A stretch of 63,979 nucleotides of DNA from Methylocella sp. (GTDB lineage Bacteria > Pseudomonadota > Alphaproteobacteria > Rhizobiales > Beijerinckiaceae), in NCBI GenBank assembly GCA_036560885.1, contig DATBQJ010000146.1, positions 1 through 63,979 on the forward strand. The letters are read 5' to 3'. Below the pieces are notes generated by a model. The model was not told the origin of the DNA, searched no databases, and saw only the letters and a program-made list of their open reading frames with translations. Both the position numbers and the translations under genes were made by a program. Positions 62,692 to 63,979 of this stretch are shown here, piece after piece (within the stretch, counting starts at the first letter, position 1; each line of letters starts with the position of its first letter).

Positions 62692-63246
62692 ATGGCTGCT
62701 GCTGCACCAGAAATTATCCTCGATACGCTGGCCCCGGATTTTTCGCTGCCCGCCACCGATAAAAAAACTTATGCGCTGAAAGACGTGGCGGGCGAAAACG
62801 GCACGGTGATCGTCTTCATTTGTAATCATTGCCCCTATGTGAAGGCGGTGATCGACCGGCTTGTCGCGGATGCTCGCGTATTGATGGCTGAAGGTATTGG
62901 CTTCGCGGCCGTTTGCTCGAACGATGCCACGGGATATCCCGAGGATTCCTTCGCCAATATGAAACGGTTCGCGCAGGCGCATAAATTTCCGTTTCCCTAT
63001 CTTCACGACGAAACCCAGGCTGTAGCGCGTGCGTATGGTGCGGTCTGCACCCCCGATTACTTCGGCTACAGCAAGGATTTGAAATTGAAATATCGCGGCC
63101 GCCTTGACGAAGGCCGCACCGCGCCCCCTCCTGCGGGCGCAAGGCGAGAACTAGTCGAGGCGATGCGGAGCATCGCGACAACGGGCACGACGCCCGAAAA
63201 TCAAATTCCATCCATTGGCTGTTCGATCAAATGGAAGGCGGCATAG
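62692..63246 (+). CDS. Thioredoxin-family (AhpC/TSA-like) protein
   Basis: FICNHCPYV, YPEDS, A.CTPD, SIGCSIKW. Confidence 0.92.
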   Translation: MAAAAPEIILDTLAPDFSLPATDKKTYALKDVAGENGTVIVFICNHCPYVKAVIDRLVADARVLMAEGIGFAAVCSNDATGYPEDSFANMKRFAQAHKFPFPYLHDETQAVARAYGAVCTPDYFGYSKDLKLKYRGRLDEGRTAPPPAGARRELVEAMRSIATTGTTPENQIPSIGCSIKWKAA

Positions 63247-63637
63247 CCTTGTCGCGCGTAAAACTCCACGCGCCGCCGCCCGCCGCAGAGTGATAAAGGA
63301 GGACAAAGCAATAAAGGACCGCCAGCTCGCCTCCATTGAGAATGGGAAAGAAGTTTTTTTGCGCATGCGCGAGAAAATAGGCAAACGCCATTTCGCCGGA
63401 GAGGATGAAAGCAACCGGGCGGGTGCATAGGCCAAGGAGAAGCAGAACGCCGCCGACGAGTTCCAAGACGCCCGCGATGCCCAAGAGGGAGAGGAGCTGG
63501 AGGTTGTCGAACATTGCGACATGAGGAAAGCCGAAAAGCTTCGCCGTGCCATGCTGGAGCAGCAGCAGGGCCGTGACGATCCGCAAGAGACCAAGCAGCC
63601 GCGGCTGCCAAGCAGCGGCGATGTTCGTCAAATCCAT
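63227..63637 (-). CDS. DoxX family membrane protein
   Basis: LRIVTALLLLQHG..KLFG; LSGEMAFAYF..H; NGGELA. Confidence 0.92.
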   Translation of the reverse strand: MDLTNIAAAWQPRLLGLLRIVTALLLLQHGTAKLFGFPHVAMFDNLQLLSLLGIAGVLELVGGVLLLLGLCTRPVAFILSGEMAFAYFLAHAQKNFFPILNGGELAVLYCFVLLYHSAAGGGAWSFTRDKAMPPSI

Positions 63638-63773
63638 GATGACCATTCCTTTGCTGAAAGAGCCTCGCATGGGTGATTCCCCTTTGCCGAAGTCGCCCCA
63701 TTGCGCTCCTTTGTCTCGAACACCAAGTGTCTGTCCTATATATAAGCTCCGCCGGCATCCGAGGAATTAGCCG

Positions 63774-63979
63774 ATGATCCCGATTGCGATTGTTTTGACC
63801 ATTGTCCTGTCAGGGACGCTTGGAATCACACTTATGTACCGTCAGGCCGCCGCGGTCGCTGCCCATCGCGAGCAAGTTCCGGACGGATTTGCCGATTGGA
63901 TCAGCGCCGAGGTACACCGGCGGGCGGCCGCCTACACACTGGCCCGTACGCGCCTGGCGATTGTGGAGACCGTCTTCGA
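63774..63979 (+). CDS. M48 (Ste24-like) metallopeptidase, N-terminal part (partial)
   Basis: My translation MIPIAIVL...RQAAAVAAHREQVPDGFADWISAEVHRRAAAYTLARTRL resembles Ste24/M48_N; runs off the window. Confidence 0.72.
   Translation, partial: MIPIAIVLTIVLSGTLGITLMYRQAAAVAAHREQVPDGFADWISAEVHRRAAAYTLARTRLAIVETVF

Overview
GC-rich alphaproteobacterial chromosome segment (Hyphomicrobiales; the gene set and repeats suggest Beijerinckiaceae, Methylocapsa/Methylocella-like, which is inference). Most of it is a shuffled housekeeping backbone: prmA, ccdA, trpF, ihfB, sppA, pyrD, class I lysS, kup, hemW, ldtR with an L,D-transpeptidase, dgt, erpA, mfd, rdgB, rph, an aspartate aminotransferase, tRNA-Pro(TGG) and tRNA-Arg(TCT). 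Small accessory cassettes interrupt it: an IS5-family element truncating a nuclease-like gene at the left edge, a tandem pair of JmjC/cupin dioxygenase-like genes, a Vsr-C5 methyltransferase-endonuclease restriction-modification cassette (XorII-like by recall), an MmeI-like remnant, a FUSC efflux trio and an 8.5 kb glycosylation cluster. Three signals are not explained by the ORF track. (1) A dispersed 40-bp palindrome has the parS consensus at its core and occurs (two full copies, one half copy) at junctions between core genes and accessory cassettes. (2) A CGATCG site overlaps the predicted -35 box of the methyltransferase promoter, suggesting methylation feedback. (3) A 34-bp promoter-like element is duplicated upstream of each JmjC gene. 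No CRISPR array or rRNA was seen. All calls come from motif recognition by eye; no searches were run.
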